Shown here: positions 28,128 to 42,217 of the stretch, piece after piece
Layout of the letters: each line of letters begins with the position of its first letter
How positions within the stretch are numbered: position 1 is the stretch's first letter
DNA from: Flaccisagitta enflata
Lineage: Eukaryota
Length of the DNA: 64,000 nucleotides
Reading direction: 5' to 3'
Assembly (NCBI GenBank): GCA_965153355.1
Contig: OZ231126.1
Span: 10,664,001-10,728,000 of the forward strand
Notes under the pieces: model-generated
Database searches by the model: none
Seen by the model: only the letters and a program-made list of their open reading frames with translations
Told to the model about the DNA's origin: nothing
Made by a program: the position numbers and the translations under genes

Positions 28128-29591
28128 TCAAGTCCCAGCAAATGAAAGGAGGGGAGAACATCCAAAAAGCGGTGATGACGGTGGAGTCGGCGATGGAAAT
28201 GGAACTACCACAGCTGTTGATGGCGATGGCTGCTTCATGCGTCGGAGACACTCTTCCACAATTTTCACCACAAGACGATGATCCACATTCCCACTTCTAC
28301 GCCGGCGACGTCTTCTCCTGCGCCTCTTCTTTCCTCCCCCACTTCCTAACTGAACTCTATCACTTCCCAGCTGATCTCCGTCACTTCCCAGCTGATCTCC
28401 ATCACTCCATGACCGGTCTCCATCACTCAAAGACGACCCATCCTCCAATGAAATAACATCAGATTCTCCATCCGTACTCCATCCTCTATCCACACCCTTA
28501 CCACCATCAACCCATGCATCACCACCATCAACACACCGACCACTAGCAGTACCACCTAGCAGCTCACGTGAAAGTCTGCAAGACGGCGGCGACGGCGGCG
28601 TTGTCGGCGTTGGCGTTGTCGGCGTTGTTGGCTTTGTCGGCTTTGTCGGCTTTGACGGCGTTGACGGCGTTGACGGCGTTGACGGCGTTGACGGCGTTGA
28701 CGGCGTTGACGGCGTTGACGGCGTTGACGGCGTTGACGGCGTTGACGGCGTTGACAGCGTTGACGGCGTTGACGGCGTTGACAGCGTTGACGGCGTTGAC
28801 GGCGTTGACGGCGTTGACAGCGTTGACAGCGTTGACGGCGTTGACGGCGTTGTTGACTGCGGCAGCAAAGGCGCAGGTAGAGACACCGGGGAAGCGACAT
28901 CCAACAAATGAAACGACGACAATGGTGGAAGCGATGATGGCGGTGGTAGAGGTGGTGGTGGCGGCGGTGGCGGCGGTGGCGGCGGCGTTTTTCCCGATGA
29001 AATCTCTCCTGGTCCAGACGAGAATGACATCGATGATGACGATGATGACGACTGAGAGGGTGAGATTTTGGAAGTGGCGCCGGGTTTGGCGCCGGAAGTG
29101 GCGCCGGAAGTGCCGCTTGACGCACACGAGGAGGAAGAGGAGGTAGAGGATGAAGCAGGGCGAGAAAAGCGACGATGAGACGGTGTTGGGTGGGGAGCAT
29201 CCGGGCGAAGAAGAAATGAGTCTGCTAACCCAAATTTCGCTTGAGCGGAGTGATTGAGCGAGTTTTCTTTTTCGAGCACATGAGTACAATCCATGTTGAC
29301 GCCAACCGATATGAAAATCTGATGAAGCTTGACGCGAAAAAGGTCCCAATTTTCGTTGGAAGAATCACTAACGAAATTGTGATACTCAAACCACGCTTCA
29401 ACCAACTCCACTTTCAAAGAGAGAAACTCATCATCAATCATCTTTACACGTTCACGCTCATTTTGTAAGTCAGTTGACAGTTTTGTCACGGAATTTTTGA
29501 GGGCAACAAAACTTCCGACAGTCGCGTTAATTTCATGTAAACCAGAGTCTTCATAAAATCTACGACGTTTGACTGTATTTGAAACCGCCAT
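28128..29591 (-). CDS. Hypothetical 487-aa protein of the LTR-like element: coiled-coil-like N-terminus, then S/P/T repeats and an Arg tract
   Basis: ATG at 29591 (MAVSNTVKRRRFYEDSG...VALKNSVTKLSTDLQNERERV). The ~125 N-terminal residues are non-repetitive. The position just after the PBS-like site is where gag would lie. Confidence 0.5.
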   Translation of the reverse strand: MAVSNTVKRRRFYEDSGLHEINATVGSFVALKNSVTKLSTDLQNERERVKMIDDEFLSLKVELVEAWFEYHNFVSDSSNENWDLFRVKLHQIFISVGVNMDCTHVLEKENSLNHSAQAKFGLADSFLLRPDAPHPTPSHRRFSRPASSSTSSSSSCASSGTSGATSGAKPGATSKISPSQSSSSSSSMSFSSGPGEISSGKTPPPPPPPPPPPPLPPPSSLPPLSSFHLLDVASPVSLPAPLLPQSTTPSTPSTLSTLSTPSTPSTPSTLSTPSTPSTLSTPSTPSTPSTPSTPSTPSTPSTPSTPSTPSTPSKPTKPTKPTTPTTPTPTTPPSPPSCRLSRELLGGTASGRCVDGGDAWVDGGKGVDRGWSTDGESDVISLEDGSSLSDGDRSWSDGDQLGSDGDQLGSDRVQLGSGGGKKRRRRRRRRRRSGNVDHRLVVKIVEECLRRMKQPSPSTAVVVPFPSPTPPSSPLFGCSPLLSFAGT

Positions 29592-30474
29592 TCTGTTGTT
29601 TGACGTTGACGTTGACGTTGACGTTGACGTTGACGTTGACGTTGACGTTGACATTTGACGTTGACGTTGAAGTTGACGTTGACGTTGACGTTTGACGTTG
29701 ACGTTGACGTTGACGTTTAATTGAAAAGTAATCTCAAGAAAAACAAAAGTTATTTCCCGATTCTTGTCGAGAGATATCAATTCGGCAGAAGTTGAACGCA
29801 ACGAAATTGAGTCAATGTTGTTTTCCTTCAATTTCTTGTTGTTTTTTCAATTTCTTTTGTCGTTTTTCTAATTCTTTTCAATTTTTATCGAGAACGTGGG
29901 GTAAAGATGAAATGGTGAAGATATGAATGTTCGTTTCTTTTACTTAGCCGGCGAAAAAAAAGGGGTTAAATGCAGTGGTAGGTGGGAAAAATGGTCAAAG
30001 GCGAGGCTATGGGAATAGGTCAATTCCACAAAGCGCACACCAAGTTCTGAATGAACGAGGCGAGACTCGTCAATCAGAGGTGAGCAGAGCAAAATCTATC
30101 TAATGATTTATCTGTCTAAATGAGCGAAGCTAATTTTAGGAGAGAAATGATTTCCAAGCAAGATTTTAATCAGACTAAAGCAAATTCGAAATCAACGCAG
30201 GGAGAGAGAATATTTGTGACCGATAAAAATGAGAGGAAGCAAAATCATAATAAAATGGAGAATAACCAAAATAAGAGAAATGACCAATAAAATGAGAGAA
30301 TGGCCAATGGCGCCATTCTTCTCTATATCCTCTCTTTTTAATATCTTTTTTTTGTCAAGAATTCTCTCTTTAACTCAACATTGAATTACTATTAGGCGGC
30401 AATATGCAAATATCTTTGAAGAAACCAGCTCGTTTCATATAAATGTTCTCTCCTTGAAGCAAATCTTTTCAATT

Positions 30475-32270
30475 TCGTAGGGTATTTAATTCTGGAAGTC
30501 CCAAGCTGCCCAAGAGGCTATGAGACCCAAATACATTATAGTTAAGATATATCGCAGCCAGAAAGACTGAATCCACTGAACCTTTGCGAACTTTTATTTG
30601 ACAGGTACGGATAGCGACAAAAAAGGGGCTATCTTTTCCCTATTTTCACAATGAAAAATCAATTTTCTCCAAAACTACTTGTAAAAAATCTTTGAAATTT
30701 TCAACAGAGATACTAATAAAAAATATCTATCAAACGCCACCTTGCTGGAATTTGAGTCATTATTCGTTTAGCTGTTATGTTTTTTCAAAGATTTGAATAT
30801 GTCAACCTAAAGATTTTTAGGCAAAATTGACCTTTTTGGCAAAGACCATTTGTTGGGTACTTAGTTCTGGGAGTCCCAAGCTGTCCCAGAGGCTATGAGA
30901 CCCAAATTCATCATAGTTAAGATATATCACGGCCAAAAAGACTGAATCCGCTGAACTTTTGCGAAGTTTCATTTGACAGGTACAGGTGGCGACAAAAAAA
31001 GGGCTATCTTTTTCCCTATTTTCACAATAGAAAATCAATTTTCTCCAAAACGACTCGTAAAAAATCCTTGAAATTTTTAACATAGATACTACTAAAGAAT
31101 ATCTATCAAATGCCACCTAGCTGGAATTTGTGTCATTATTCATTTAGCTGTAATGTTTTTTCAAAGATTTAAATATGTCAACCTAAAGATTTTTAGGCAA
31201 AATTGACCTTTTTGGCAAAGACCATTCGTAGGGTACTTAGTTCTGGGAGTCCCAAGCTGTCCCAGAGGCTATGAGACCCAAATACATCATAGTTAAGATA
31301 TATCATGGCCAGAAAGACTGAATCCACTGAACTTTTGCGAACTTTCATTTGACAGGTAGGGGTGGCCACAAAATGGGCATATTTTTATCCCTATTTTCAC
31401 AATAGAAAATCAATTTTCTCCAAAACTACTCGTAAAAAATCCTTGAAATTTTTAACATAGATACTACTAAAGAATATCTATCAAATGCCACCTAGCTGGA
31501 ATTTGTGTCATTATTCATTTAGCTGTATTGTTTTTTCAAAGATTTAAATATGTCAACCTAAAGATTTTTAGGCAAAATTGACCTTTTTGGCAAAGACCAT
31601 TCGTAGGGTACTTAGTTCTGGGAGTCCCAAGCTGTCCCAGAGGCTATGAGACCCAAATACATCATAGTTAAGATATATCATGGCCAGAAAGACTGAATCC
31701 ACTGAACTTTTGCGAACTTTCATTTGACAGGTAGGGGTGGCCACAAAATGGGCATATTTTTATCCCTATTTTCACAATAGAAAATCAATTTTCTCCAAAA
31801 CTACTCATAGAAAATCCTTGAAATTTTTAACATAGATACTACTAAAGAATATCTATCAAATGCCACCTAGCTGGAATTTGTGTCATTATTCATTTAGCTG
31901 TATTGTTTTTTCAAAGATTTAAATATGTCAACCTAAAGATTTTTAGGCAAAATTGACCTTTTTGGCAAAGACCATTCGTAGGGTACTTAGTTCTGGGAGT
32001 CCCAAGCTGTCCCAGAGGCTATGAGACCCAAATACATCATAGTTAAGATATATCATGGCCAGAAAGACTGAATCCACTGAACTTTTGCGAACTTTCATTT
32101 GACAGGTAGGGGATGGCCACAAAATGGGCATATTTTTATACTTATTTTCAAAAAGAAAAATCAATTTCCTCAATAACTACTTAACAAAAATTCTTGAAAT
32201 TTTAACCCAAGATACTTCTAAAAATTATCTATCAAACGCCACCAAGCAGGAAATTGTGACTTTATTTGTT
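30475..32270. repeat. Tandem array, ~375-bp unit, ~4.8 copies
   Basis: The anchor cctaaagatttttaggc recurs at ~30811, 31187, 31562 and 31937. Confidence 0.92.
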
Positions 32271-33426
32271 TAGCCTGAACAAATTAATAAAGATTAAAAT
32301 ATTTTGCCCAATATCAGTGAAAAAAATACCCTTACTTGGGAGTACAGTTCCAGCTGCTAAAAGCTTTTTACGGCCACCAGACCCAAATTATGGCTTGAAC
32401 TGTTCATCAAACCATATAACTAGGTGACCTGAACCATAAAAAGGATAATTTGAGTGATTGCTTTCTGGGCCTAAATGCTTGATATGAAGCCACTGTGCCA
32501 ACCGACGGACAAAGCGGGTTGGAGTCGTGAGCATGCGATTAAAAAAGTTGCTGCTTTTAATGGCCTTGGAAACTCACGGCAATGATTTTAAATTCTGTGC
32601 ACCATGGCTTGATGCTGTCTGGAATTATGGGTAATATGGTGTTGAAGTCAAACTCTGGAGGGAACAATATCGCTCGTAGGTTTCCTCTTACTCGCCAACC
32701 AGTTTACTCAGGAATGTAGGATCAAGTTAAAGGAGCTAAAAATATGTATCAATTACAAGCATAGCATGAAAACAAGGCTAAAGTTGCCGCATTGATCAGT
32801 AAGTGATCGCTTGTAAATATTGGAAACTTATATATGCATACAATCTTGGTCTCTTGGTGATGAGGGCATAACAGGGCTCCATATCACTAAATATTCAGAG
32901 AAAATTGTAAGATTTTACATTAACTCGCTCTTAAAAAACATTTAAGGTCAAATTTAAGTTTTTTCCCCCCAAGTTCCCGAAATTCCCGAGTACCCAAATT
33001 TAACGCGATTCATATTGGGCGATGGAGTATAAAGCGACAGATATATATGGACGGCAGATAGTGACGCGACAACAATATTGAAGTGAGCTGATATTAAAGC
33101 AACAACTTTTCCTCTTCATTAAAACAAGGCTGGATACACGGCTACCCGGGTGGGCAGGAGCAGTGACTACAAAGGAGTTGGCGATCAATGCAACATAACC
33201 ATAGTTGAAAACATGTTTTGATGCATTAGTGTAAGAAAATTGAAATAATGTTAGCAAGAAAGATGGTTAGTTAAATAGTTTCAAAAACGCGAGTTACCAA
33301 TGCCGGTATCGCGTTAATATCTATCATCCAAAGAGCCTTCACTTTAAACTCCATCGTTAAGATAAATTGCATTAATTTCATGTAACATTACAAAATGGTA
33401 TGATTAATAAGAACTACATTCAGATT

Positions 33427-33500
<74 letters not shown>

Positions 33501-33502
<2 letters not shown>

Positions 33503-36500
33503 CTTCGAATGCACATAAGTCATGTCAACTTATGGGAATCACTCATTGGAGTCATGTTGCATGCTTCTGAGTGCGAACGCCGCAGAACATCCCATTCCGA
33601 AAGGCAGTTCGTTGTTGTAGGTTGTGACAGGTTAGGGTCTGTCTTGGAGATCTGTCTTAAGTAGCTGTCTTAAATAACTGTCTTAAATAACTGTCTTAAA
33701 TAACTGTCTTAGCTTTTTGTCACTTTCGCGCCAGGAATCGTCTCATGATCTTCTCGCTTCCAAGGAGGGCAATCTTTATGCACATTGCGGGTGATATTTT
33801 AGCAGGGACCATTTCCATATATTTCATAAAGCAGTTGGACACCACTCCAAGCCCACCGACCACTATAGGGATGACAACACATTCACAATTCCACATACGG
33901 CCCAGTTCCACACGCAGTCCACTATACTTAGATATTTTCTCCTGTTCTTTTTCGTTGACATTGATATCATTTGGGCAGGAGACATCAATAATATAGCATT
34001 TCTTGTTTTCCTTATCTCTGACAACAATATCTGGTCGGTTGAAGACATGTGGCCTGTCTGTGTTGAGGATGGAATCATAGAGAATTTCTACATTTCTAAG
34101 CATGAGTACTTCCGGTGGTTTATGAGTGTGCCATTTTGTGCATGTTTGGATGTTGAAATTCTGGCACAAGGCATGGTGGATGTATTGGGCAATCCCATTA
34201 TGGCGTTCAAGATATTCTTTCTTGGCTAGGGTGTCACACCCAGAAAGTATATGGGCTGTGGATTCAGGCTTTCTATGGCAAACTCGGCATAGGTCTGAGG
34301 TGGGTTTTTGCAAGATATGGCGTTCGTGCCATCTCGTAAAGAGGGCCAGTTCCTGGGCTGCCATGATGTATGACTCAGTTTGAGGGGACATGTGACATTT
34401 ATCAAGCCATGATAAGCTCAGTTGTTTTGAGACATTTACTCCATTTAGCAGTTTAAAATATATGCCATGCTGTGGCTTGTTAAGGCAGGTTTCATATCTC
34501 TGTTGGTGGAGTGCAGCTCTTGTTTTGTCTGCAACAATTTGGGCTTGTCTTAGTAGTGGCTTATCATGAAGGTTTTGTGGGATATCGATGGTGAGTTTTT
34601 CTTGGAATTTTATTGCCCTTTTCCCTATAGAGTACAGGCACGTTCTGTCAAACTCATGGCATTTAGACAATTTTGTGCTTTTGTTCTTACTCAGGAAGTG
34701 GGCAAGACGTACATTGGTACATTTGAAGCTGTCCCAGATGGATATCAGCCCACGGCCACCCATTTTTCTTGGAATGTATAGGCGGTCAACATCGCTTTTT
34801 ATTTCCATCATTCTGTGCATATTGAGGGTCTTTCTCACAAGAATGTCAGCGTCCTTTATATCTTGCTCTGTCCAGTTAATAATGCCAAATGAATAGGTAA
34901 GTACCGGTATTGCAAATTCATTTATTGCTGTCATTATGTTTTTGGAGTTCAGCTCTGTTTTTAGGATGTTCTTCAGTTTCTTTTTGAATTTGTCAATTGC
35001 AATGGACTTCATCTCTGAGTGCTTGATATTGCTTGATTCAAGTACCCCCAAGTATTTATAAACATCCCCTTCGTCCATCTCATCAATGGTACTATTTTCG
35101 TCTAGGGATATATTCCCACACTTCTTTATCTTCCCCCTTAGTGTCCCCCCCTTAGTGTCTTGCACTTGTCCAAACCAAATTTCATCCCAATGCTAGATGT
35201 AAAATTGAAAACAATTTTTGCCATATGACATGCATCTTTTGAGCTGGCCGCGAAGGTTTTTAGATCATCCATATAGAGAACATGTGAGAATTTCTCATTG
35301 TCCATCATATAACCATATGAACTCTCCTCCAATAAGCAGCTTACAGGGTTTATGGCGATTATGAATAATAAAGGCGACAGGGTATCACCCTGGAAAATTC
35401 CCCTTCTGATAAAGATATTGTCAATTTCCAGAACACCCTCTTTATGTCTCAGAATGAGCTTTGTTCTCCACATAGGCATGACCCACCTTAAGAATTTGAC
35501 AATAACCGGGCAGATTCTATACGTCTTAAGCGTTTCTAATATCCATTCGTGCGGCGTGGAGTCGTACGCCTTAGCATAATCGTAGTATGTGACACTTATA
35601 TTCCTTCTGAATTTGATAGCATGCTCCAAGACTGTTTTGTTAATGAGGAGTTGTTGCTTTGTCCCATATGAGCCCCGCCTCCCACCCTGTTGTTCTTCGG
35701 CCAGTATGTTATTTTCCTGGAGGTGTTTCTCTATTCTGGTTGCTAAAATGCCCGTCAAGGTTTTGAATGTTGTGTTCAAGCATGTAATGGGCCGGTAGTT
35801 TTTAGCTAACATGGTTTTGTCATTCTTTGGTAGGAGTGTGGATTTTCCTGTGACCAGCCATTGTGGAGTTAACTCAGGGTTAGTTACACATGTGTTTAAT
35901 GAGGCCGAGAGATATGGGTGGAGGGCTGTTAGGTTCTTCAGCCAATAGTTTGGCAGCCGATCGATACCAGGGGCTTTCCAATTCATTTGTTTATTGAGTT
36001 GGGCCTTTAAGTCATTTTCGCTTATGTCAGTCCAGGTCTGCTCATTAAGGTCAGAGTACTTTTCCTGCCAAGAAGGTATCCAATCAGCTGATGGGTCATA
36101 CAGGTTGCTCTGGCCCCAGATCTGTTCACCCCAGAATTCTCTTAGGTCAGCTTCAGAGGGGCACTGTGACACCTCAATGTTTTCTTCTGCAGATATGTCC
36201 CGGTAGAACTGTTTTCTGTTTTTCCCAAACATTTCATTGTCTCTCTTCGACCTTTCTCTAATGTCATATCGTCTGGTTCTAGTAGTGGCGACAGCGATTT
36301 TATTCTTTAATGTGAAAATTAGTTTATCAGTCATTTGTCTGGTGTTATTGGCTTTATATTTACTCATGACAGACTCAGCATATCTAAGCCCTTTATTCTT
36401 TCTAAGTTTCCCGTCCCGGAAATCACACAGAATGTCAACCTCCTTGCGTAGTCTACAGATGGTTCGCTCAAGTCGTTTCCTCCATTGAGGGACATATTGC

Positions 36501-37438
36501 TCCTTTTGTTTTTTTCCACTTTCGGGACTGTTTTCGGACCTTAGCTCTTCCCCTTCTTTATTGGTGAATACACTGGCAACACTGTAGAAGATAGAATTTA
36601 TGGTGTCAAGGGTTCGATCCTCCGGGCTGATTTCTCTGATAAGATGCTTGCATATAGAATTGGCCTGGTCAAGTTTCTTATAGGACATGTTCTTCTTGTG
36701 TAAAGGTCGTCTTGGCTGCATCTGTGGGTCATCGTCCTTTATCGACTCAAATATTTCGGAGCAACGGCGTAAAAGTAATTCATATTCCGCATCTAAGGCA
36801 GGGGGGTTTTCATTACTTGTCATACAGGGAGTGGTAGGGCTATCAGTACACGATTCATTTTCGCTGCTTTCACATCTGAACTCATCGTGCACTCTTTTTG
36901 TGATAGCATCAAGGTCAATTTTATTCAACCAGGGGGCCTTGGGGGGAGCCTCTTGCAAGGCTTTCTTAAATAAGCGTTTCCCTTTTGTTTGGAGAGCAGT
37001 GACTGATACCTGGCGGTCAGGACGGATTTCCTTCCACTTTGATACCATATACTTTCCATATCCCCCATGATGGATAGAGGCATACTTTTTTGCCCAGACA
37101 AAACAGTAGAGGATATCAATGTTGTCATCGCGGGTGTGATTATGAGGCCCCAGCCGTTGAGAGGAATTTGTTTCATTCTGTTCTCTCATCACACCGCTTT
37201 TGCCGCATGGTGCATCAATAACACATTGTTCATCAACACCAGTAGGCTGGCTTCCATTAGTATCAGTACTGTTTCGTTGGGGTTTAGATTGCTGTTGTTG
37301 TTGTTGCTTTTGTTGTTCTTGTTGTTGTTGTTGTTTTGATATCCGTTGTGACCCTTGTCTTGGTTGTGAGTGTTGCTGTGGGAGGTGTTGTTTTGATTGT
37401 TGTTGTGGTTGCTGTTGTTGTTTTTGTGAAATGCGCTG

Positions 37439-37440
<2 letters not shown>
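33501..37440 (-). mobile_element. RLE-type non-LTR retrotransposon (R4/Dong-like) inserted in a (GA)n microsatellite
   Basis: RT motifs NWKAPGID, NYRPITCL, GIFQGDTLSPLLF and YMDDLK. Zn knuckle CRVC...HILSGC and RLE motif RPDIV...IIDVSCP...EKISKY. (GA)n lies on both sides (33432-33500, 37441-37473). Confidence 0.93.
33720..37440 (-). pseudogene. RT-RLE polyprotein ORF with one frameshift
   Basis: ORFs 35138-37585 and 33720-35165 join at a short duplication ccccttagtgtc/ccccttagtgtc (~35134-35159), reading DKCKTLRG in one frame and TLRGKIKK in the other. Confidence 0.88.
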
Positions 37441-37476
<36 letters not shown>

Positions 37477-37883
37477 AAGAATAACACAATTGTTTCAAAT
37501 TCGCAAATATGTGTTCACCACAACTCGCGATTCGTATTTCAAAGTGACAGCGAAAGACTCCATCGAGTTTGGATATGAAGGACATTTAAATGTATCAAGT
37601 TCATTCACATGTCAAGAAAAACATGTAGCAATGCGTACATACATACAGGAACAATTTAATCAGATACACGGAAGGAGGAAGAGGACGGGAGAGAAAAAGG
37701 CTGGATACACGGCCAATACCAGTCGCGGACGGGTGAGCAGGGGTGAAAATGCACATTCTCACACTTTTCGACTCATGCTTACAGACCCATGGATGGACCG
37801 ACGAATGGACCAACGGACAAAGGCTCTTATAGAGTTGCGTGTCCGCAACTAAAAAAAGAAAGAACAGGGGAGAGAGAGAAAGG

Positions 37884-38048
<165 letters not shown>

Positions 38049-39340
38049 TAACGTCAAAAATGTGCAAATCTATTTCTTGGGCTTTGATAGGAGACTAACG
38101 GGTTGTAACTTGGCTGAAGGAAGATTTTTTTGCGATCACTATGAAAGGCCCGGGATTGAAAAAGGGTTGTTTGATTCTGGAGCTGGAACACAGAATAAAT
38201 GGGCTATTCTGCTTTGTATGATCGCCATGGCTTTCCACACCCACTTGGTCAACGCAGGCAATGAAACTGGTACATCTTTGAAAAATGTAATTTTCTCAAG
38301 AATATCTAAATAATTAAGACCTGACCTGACCTGACACATATTGGGAATTTGAAAACAAAAAAGCGCTTGTTTTAGTTAAAAAAAATGTATAGTATCTAAA
38401 TTCCTCTAAGACTAAGATGGGCTGAGTCCCGTCAATGATGATGGACAATGCACTCATTATTAGTCGCGGACACGCGACTCCACCTTGCCATGTCGGTCGG
38501 TCCATCAGTCAGGCTGTCCGTTGGTTGGTCCGTCCCGTAACATTTTTAAATTCCAAACGGTTTTTGCACTACTGCTCCTGCCCAACCGTCCGCGACTGTA
38601 TTGCCATGTATCCGGCTTTGTTCTTGTTGTGGGCAAGGGACTACAACCTGTTGTGTCAGTTGGTTGGTCCGTCCCAATTATGTTTCACTTGCGAGCGGTT
38701 TTTGCATTACAGCCCCTGCCCATCCAGCTTGCTGTGTATCCGGCCTTGTTCCTTAGGTCTTTTATCTTTGTTCTATTGTGATTGGGCAAGACGCCCGAGC
38801 CAAATTTTCATCAATTTTACGTGAACTTAATGCCAGTTTTCTATCAATTTTTCATCCCTTCTAAGATAATTCCTTGCAAATTCTACTTGAATTTATTGTA
38901 ATGATTTCTTCATACACAACTAAATATGTACTATCTTTCATAGCCAGGTTATCAGAAAAGTTACGGCAAAATTTGTCACTTCCAGTCATTTCCGGTCACT
39001 TCCAGTCATTTCTGGTTTAGAGAGTGATGCAAGATGCGTATCCCTGTTGGAGATTTACAATGTATTAAGCCACTGCAGTCGTAAGACCTAAAAAGAGACC
39101 AAAGCATAGTTTTTTTCAGCCAAAAGTTGCCCGAAAAGCAGCAAAAACCGTGAAATTTAGCAAATTTAACACATTTTGACACATGTGGCGCAAATGACGC
39201 AAGGTCCAAGCCAAAAATTTTAAAACTATGGTCACAATGGGTATCAATCGATTCCTCTTGAAAAGACAAATCAATTGAGCTCCACAAAGAGTACCTAGCC
39301 CCATTTTTACCGGTAGAAAATGGGTCTAATATACACTGCT

Positions 39341-42217
39341 AAAAAAGCTTCAAAATTACAGTCCCCGACTGGGAACTGTAATTTTTGAAGCTTTCTCGTT
39401 GCGTAAACGCAACTCGATGAGATACATAACAAGACAGCAATTTCAAGAACAAAAAAGAAAAAAAATATTCAGTATTGTTTTGATGACAAAACTTGATAAT
39501 GATAACAATAGTTGATGATGATGATAACAACAATGAATGATAATGACAACAAGAATCTAAGAAAAAAATATTCAAAAAATTTTTATAAAAAATTTTCAAA
39601 AAAAAAAAGAAAAAAAATTCAAAAAAAAAAATTCAAAAAAAAAAAAGAAAAAAAAAATTCAAAAAAACAATTTAAAAAGATGATAACAGTAGTCGAGGGT
39701 GATGACAGTAGTTGAAGATGATGACAGTAGTTGAAGATGTTGACAGTAGTCGAAGATGATGACAGTAGTTGAAGATGATGACAGTAGTTGAAGATGATGA
39801 CAGTAGTTGAAGATGATGACAGTAGTTGAAGATGATGACAGTAGTTGAAGATGATGACCGTAGTTGAAGATGATGACCGTAGTTGAAGATGATGACCGTA
39901 GTTGAAGATGATGACAGTAGTTGAAGATGATGACAGTAGTTGAAGATGATGACAGTAGTTGAAGATGATGACAGTAGTTGAAGATGATGACAGTAGTTGA
40001 AGATGATGACAGTAGTTGAAGATGATGACAGTAGTTGAAGATGATGACAGTAGTTGAAGATGATGACAGTAGTTGAAGATGATGACAGTAGTTGAAGATG
40101 ATGACAGTAGTTGAAAATGATGACAGTAGTTGAAGATGATAACAGTAGTTGAAGATGATGACAGTAGTTGAAGATGAATCTTAAAATCCATGATGGCAAA
40201 CCTAAAGAAAAATTAGAATGAAATAAATGAGCAAGTAAAAGAATTCATCAACTCCAATCCTCTATATAAATCGCCTAAGTCCTAGTAATATACTACTACA
40301 TTAATAAGCTAATATCTTATAAACCAGACTTCAGATTTCATTCGAATTTTGCAGGGGCAGTTCAATTAATATCCTTTACTTGTATATTAAATTAAAAAAA
40401 AAGCTTCAAAATTACAGTCCCCGACTGGGGACTGTAATTTTTGAAGCTTTCTTGTTGCGTAAACGCAACTCGATGAGATACACGACAAGACAGCAATTTC
40501 AAGATGAAAAAAAAGAAAAAATATTTAGTATTGTTTTATTGATGACAAAACTTGATAATGATAACAATAGTGGATGATGATGATGACAACACTGAATGAT
40601 TATGACAACAAAAATCTAAGAAAAATATTCAAAAAATTTTAAAAAAATTTTCAAAAAAAATTTCAAAAAAAAATTTCCAAAAAAATTTTCAAAAAATTTT
40701 CAATTTTCTCAAAATTTTTTAAAAATTTTTTCAAAAATTTCAAAAATTTAAAAATTTCAAAAAAATTTTCAAAAATTTTCAAAAGAATTTCAAAAATTTT
40801 CAAAAAAATTTTCAAAAAAAAATTTCAAAAAAAATTTTCAAAAAATTTTCAAACAAATTTTCAAAAAAAATTTTCAAACAAAAATTTTCAAACAAAAATT
40901 TTCAAAAAACATTTTCAAAAAACATTTTCAAAAAACATTTTAAAAAAAAAAATTTCAAAAAAAAATTTTAAGAAATTTTTTTAAAAAAATTTTGAAAAAA
41001 ATTTAGTAGTTGAAGATGATGACAGTAGTCGAGGATGATGACAGTAGTTGAAGATGATGACAGTAGTTGAAGATGATGACAGTAGTTGAAGATGATGACA
41101 CTAGTGGAAGATGATGACAGTAGTTGAAGATGATGACAGTAGTTGAAGATGATGACAGTAGTTGAAGATGATGACAGTAGTTGAAGATGATGACAGTAGT
41201 TGAGGATGATGACAGTAATCAAAGTTGATGACAGTGGTTGAGGATGATGACCATGGTTGACATGGATGACCATGATGGCAAACCTAAAGAAAAATCAGAA
41301 AGTAATAAATGAACAAGTAAAAGAATTCATCAACTCCAATCCTCTATATAAATCGCCAAAGTCCTAGTAACATATTACTACATTAATAAGCTAATATCTC
41401 ATAAACCAGACTTCAGATTTAATTCGAATTTTGCAGAGGTTGTTTATTTACTACCCTCTGCTTGTATACTAAATTAAAAAAAAATTCATAAACCTTTACT
41501 ACCCTCTACCTATGTAAACCATCTAAGTCCCAGCTAAATATTACTACAAAAATAATAGGCAAAGGGTAGTAAAAGTTTATGAATTTTTTTGAAAATTGGT
41601 AAACAAGCTCACATTGACATAATAATAACACTGGTAAAGTTTCATGAACTTCTGAAGTTTGGATCCAAAAATATGAGAAGGTTTTAAACAAACGAACGAC
41701 AGACAGACTACGTATCACTGCTACTTCATAGTCACCGACGAAAACTGTTCGTCGGGGACAAAAAATCACATGACTTTGCTACCCTTTGCCTATGTAAACT
41801 GCCTAAGTCATAGTAACATATTACTACATAAATAAGCTAATATCTCAAAAACCAGACTTCAGATTTAATTTGAATTTTGCAGGGGTTGTTTATTTAGTAC
41901 CCTTTACTTGTATAACAAATAAAATAAAAAATTCACATACATTTACTTACCTCTACCTATGTAAACCACATAAGTCCAGTAAAATATTACTACAAAAATA
42001 ATAGGCAAAAGGTAGTAAAATTTAATGAATTTTTTTGAAAATTGGTACACAAGCTCCTATTGACCTATAAACAACACCAGCAAAGTTTCATAAAATTCTG
42101 AAGTCTGGTTCCAAAGATATGAGAAGGTTTTAAACAACAAACAACAAACAAACAAACAAACAGACTACACGATCAGGTCTACCTCATAGTCACCGACGAA
42201 AACTGTTCGTCGGGGAC
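39341..42217 (+). mobile_element. Helentron/HINE-like element with a second copy of the same family nested at ~40400-41759
   Basis: 5' palindrome aaagcttcaaaattacagtccccgactggggactgtaatttttgaagcttt and 3' hairpin gtcaccgacgaaaactgttcgtcggggac, each present twice. Internal 19-bp (gatgatgacagtagttgaa)n arrays. Confidence 0.78.

Larger units (their letters stand above)
24533..30324 (-). mobile_element. LTR-like element without pol: 282-bp direct repeats and a 4-bp TSD
   Basis: 24533-24814 and 30043-30324 are near-identical (2 mismatches seen). ATAT is duplicated at 24529-24532 and 30325-30328. Termini are AG...CT. TGGTGTGCG (PBS-like) follows the minus-strand 5' repeat immediately. Confidence 0.75.
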
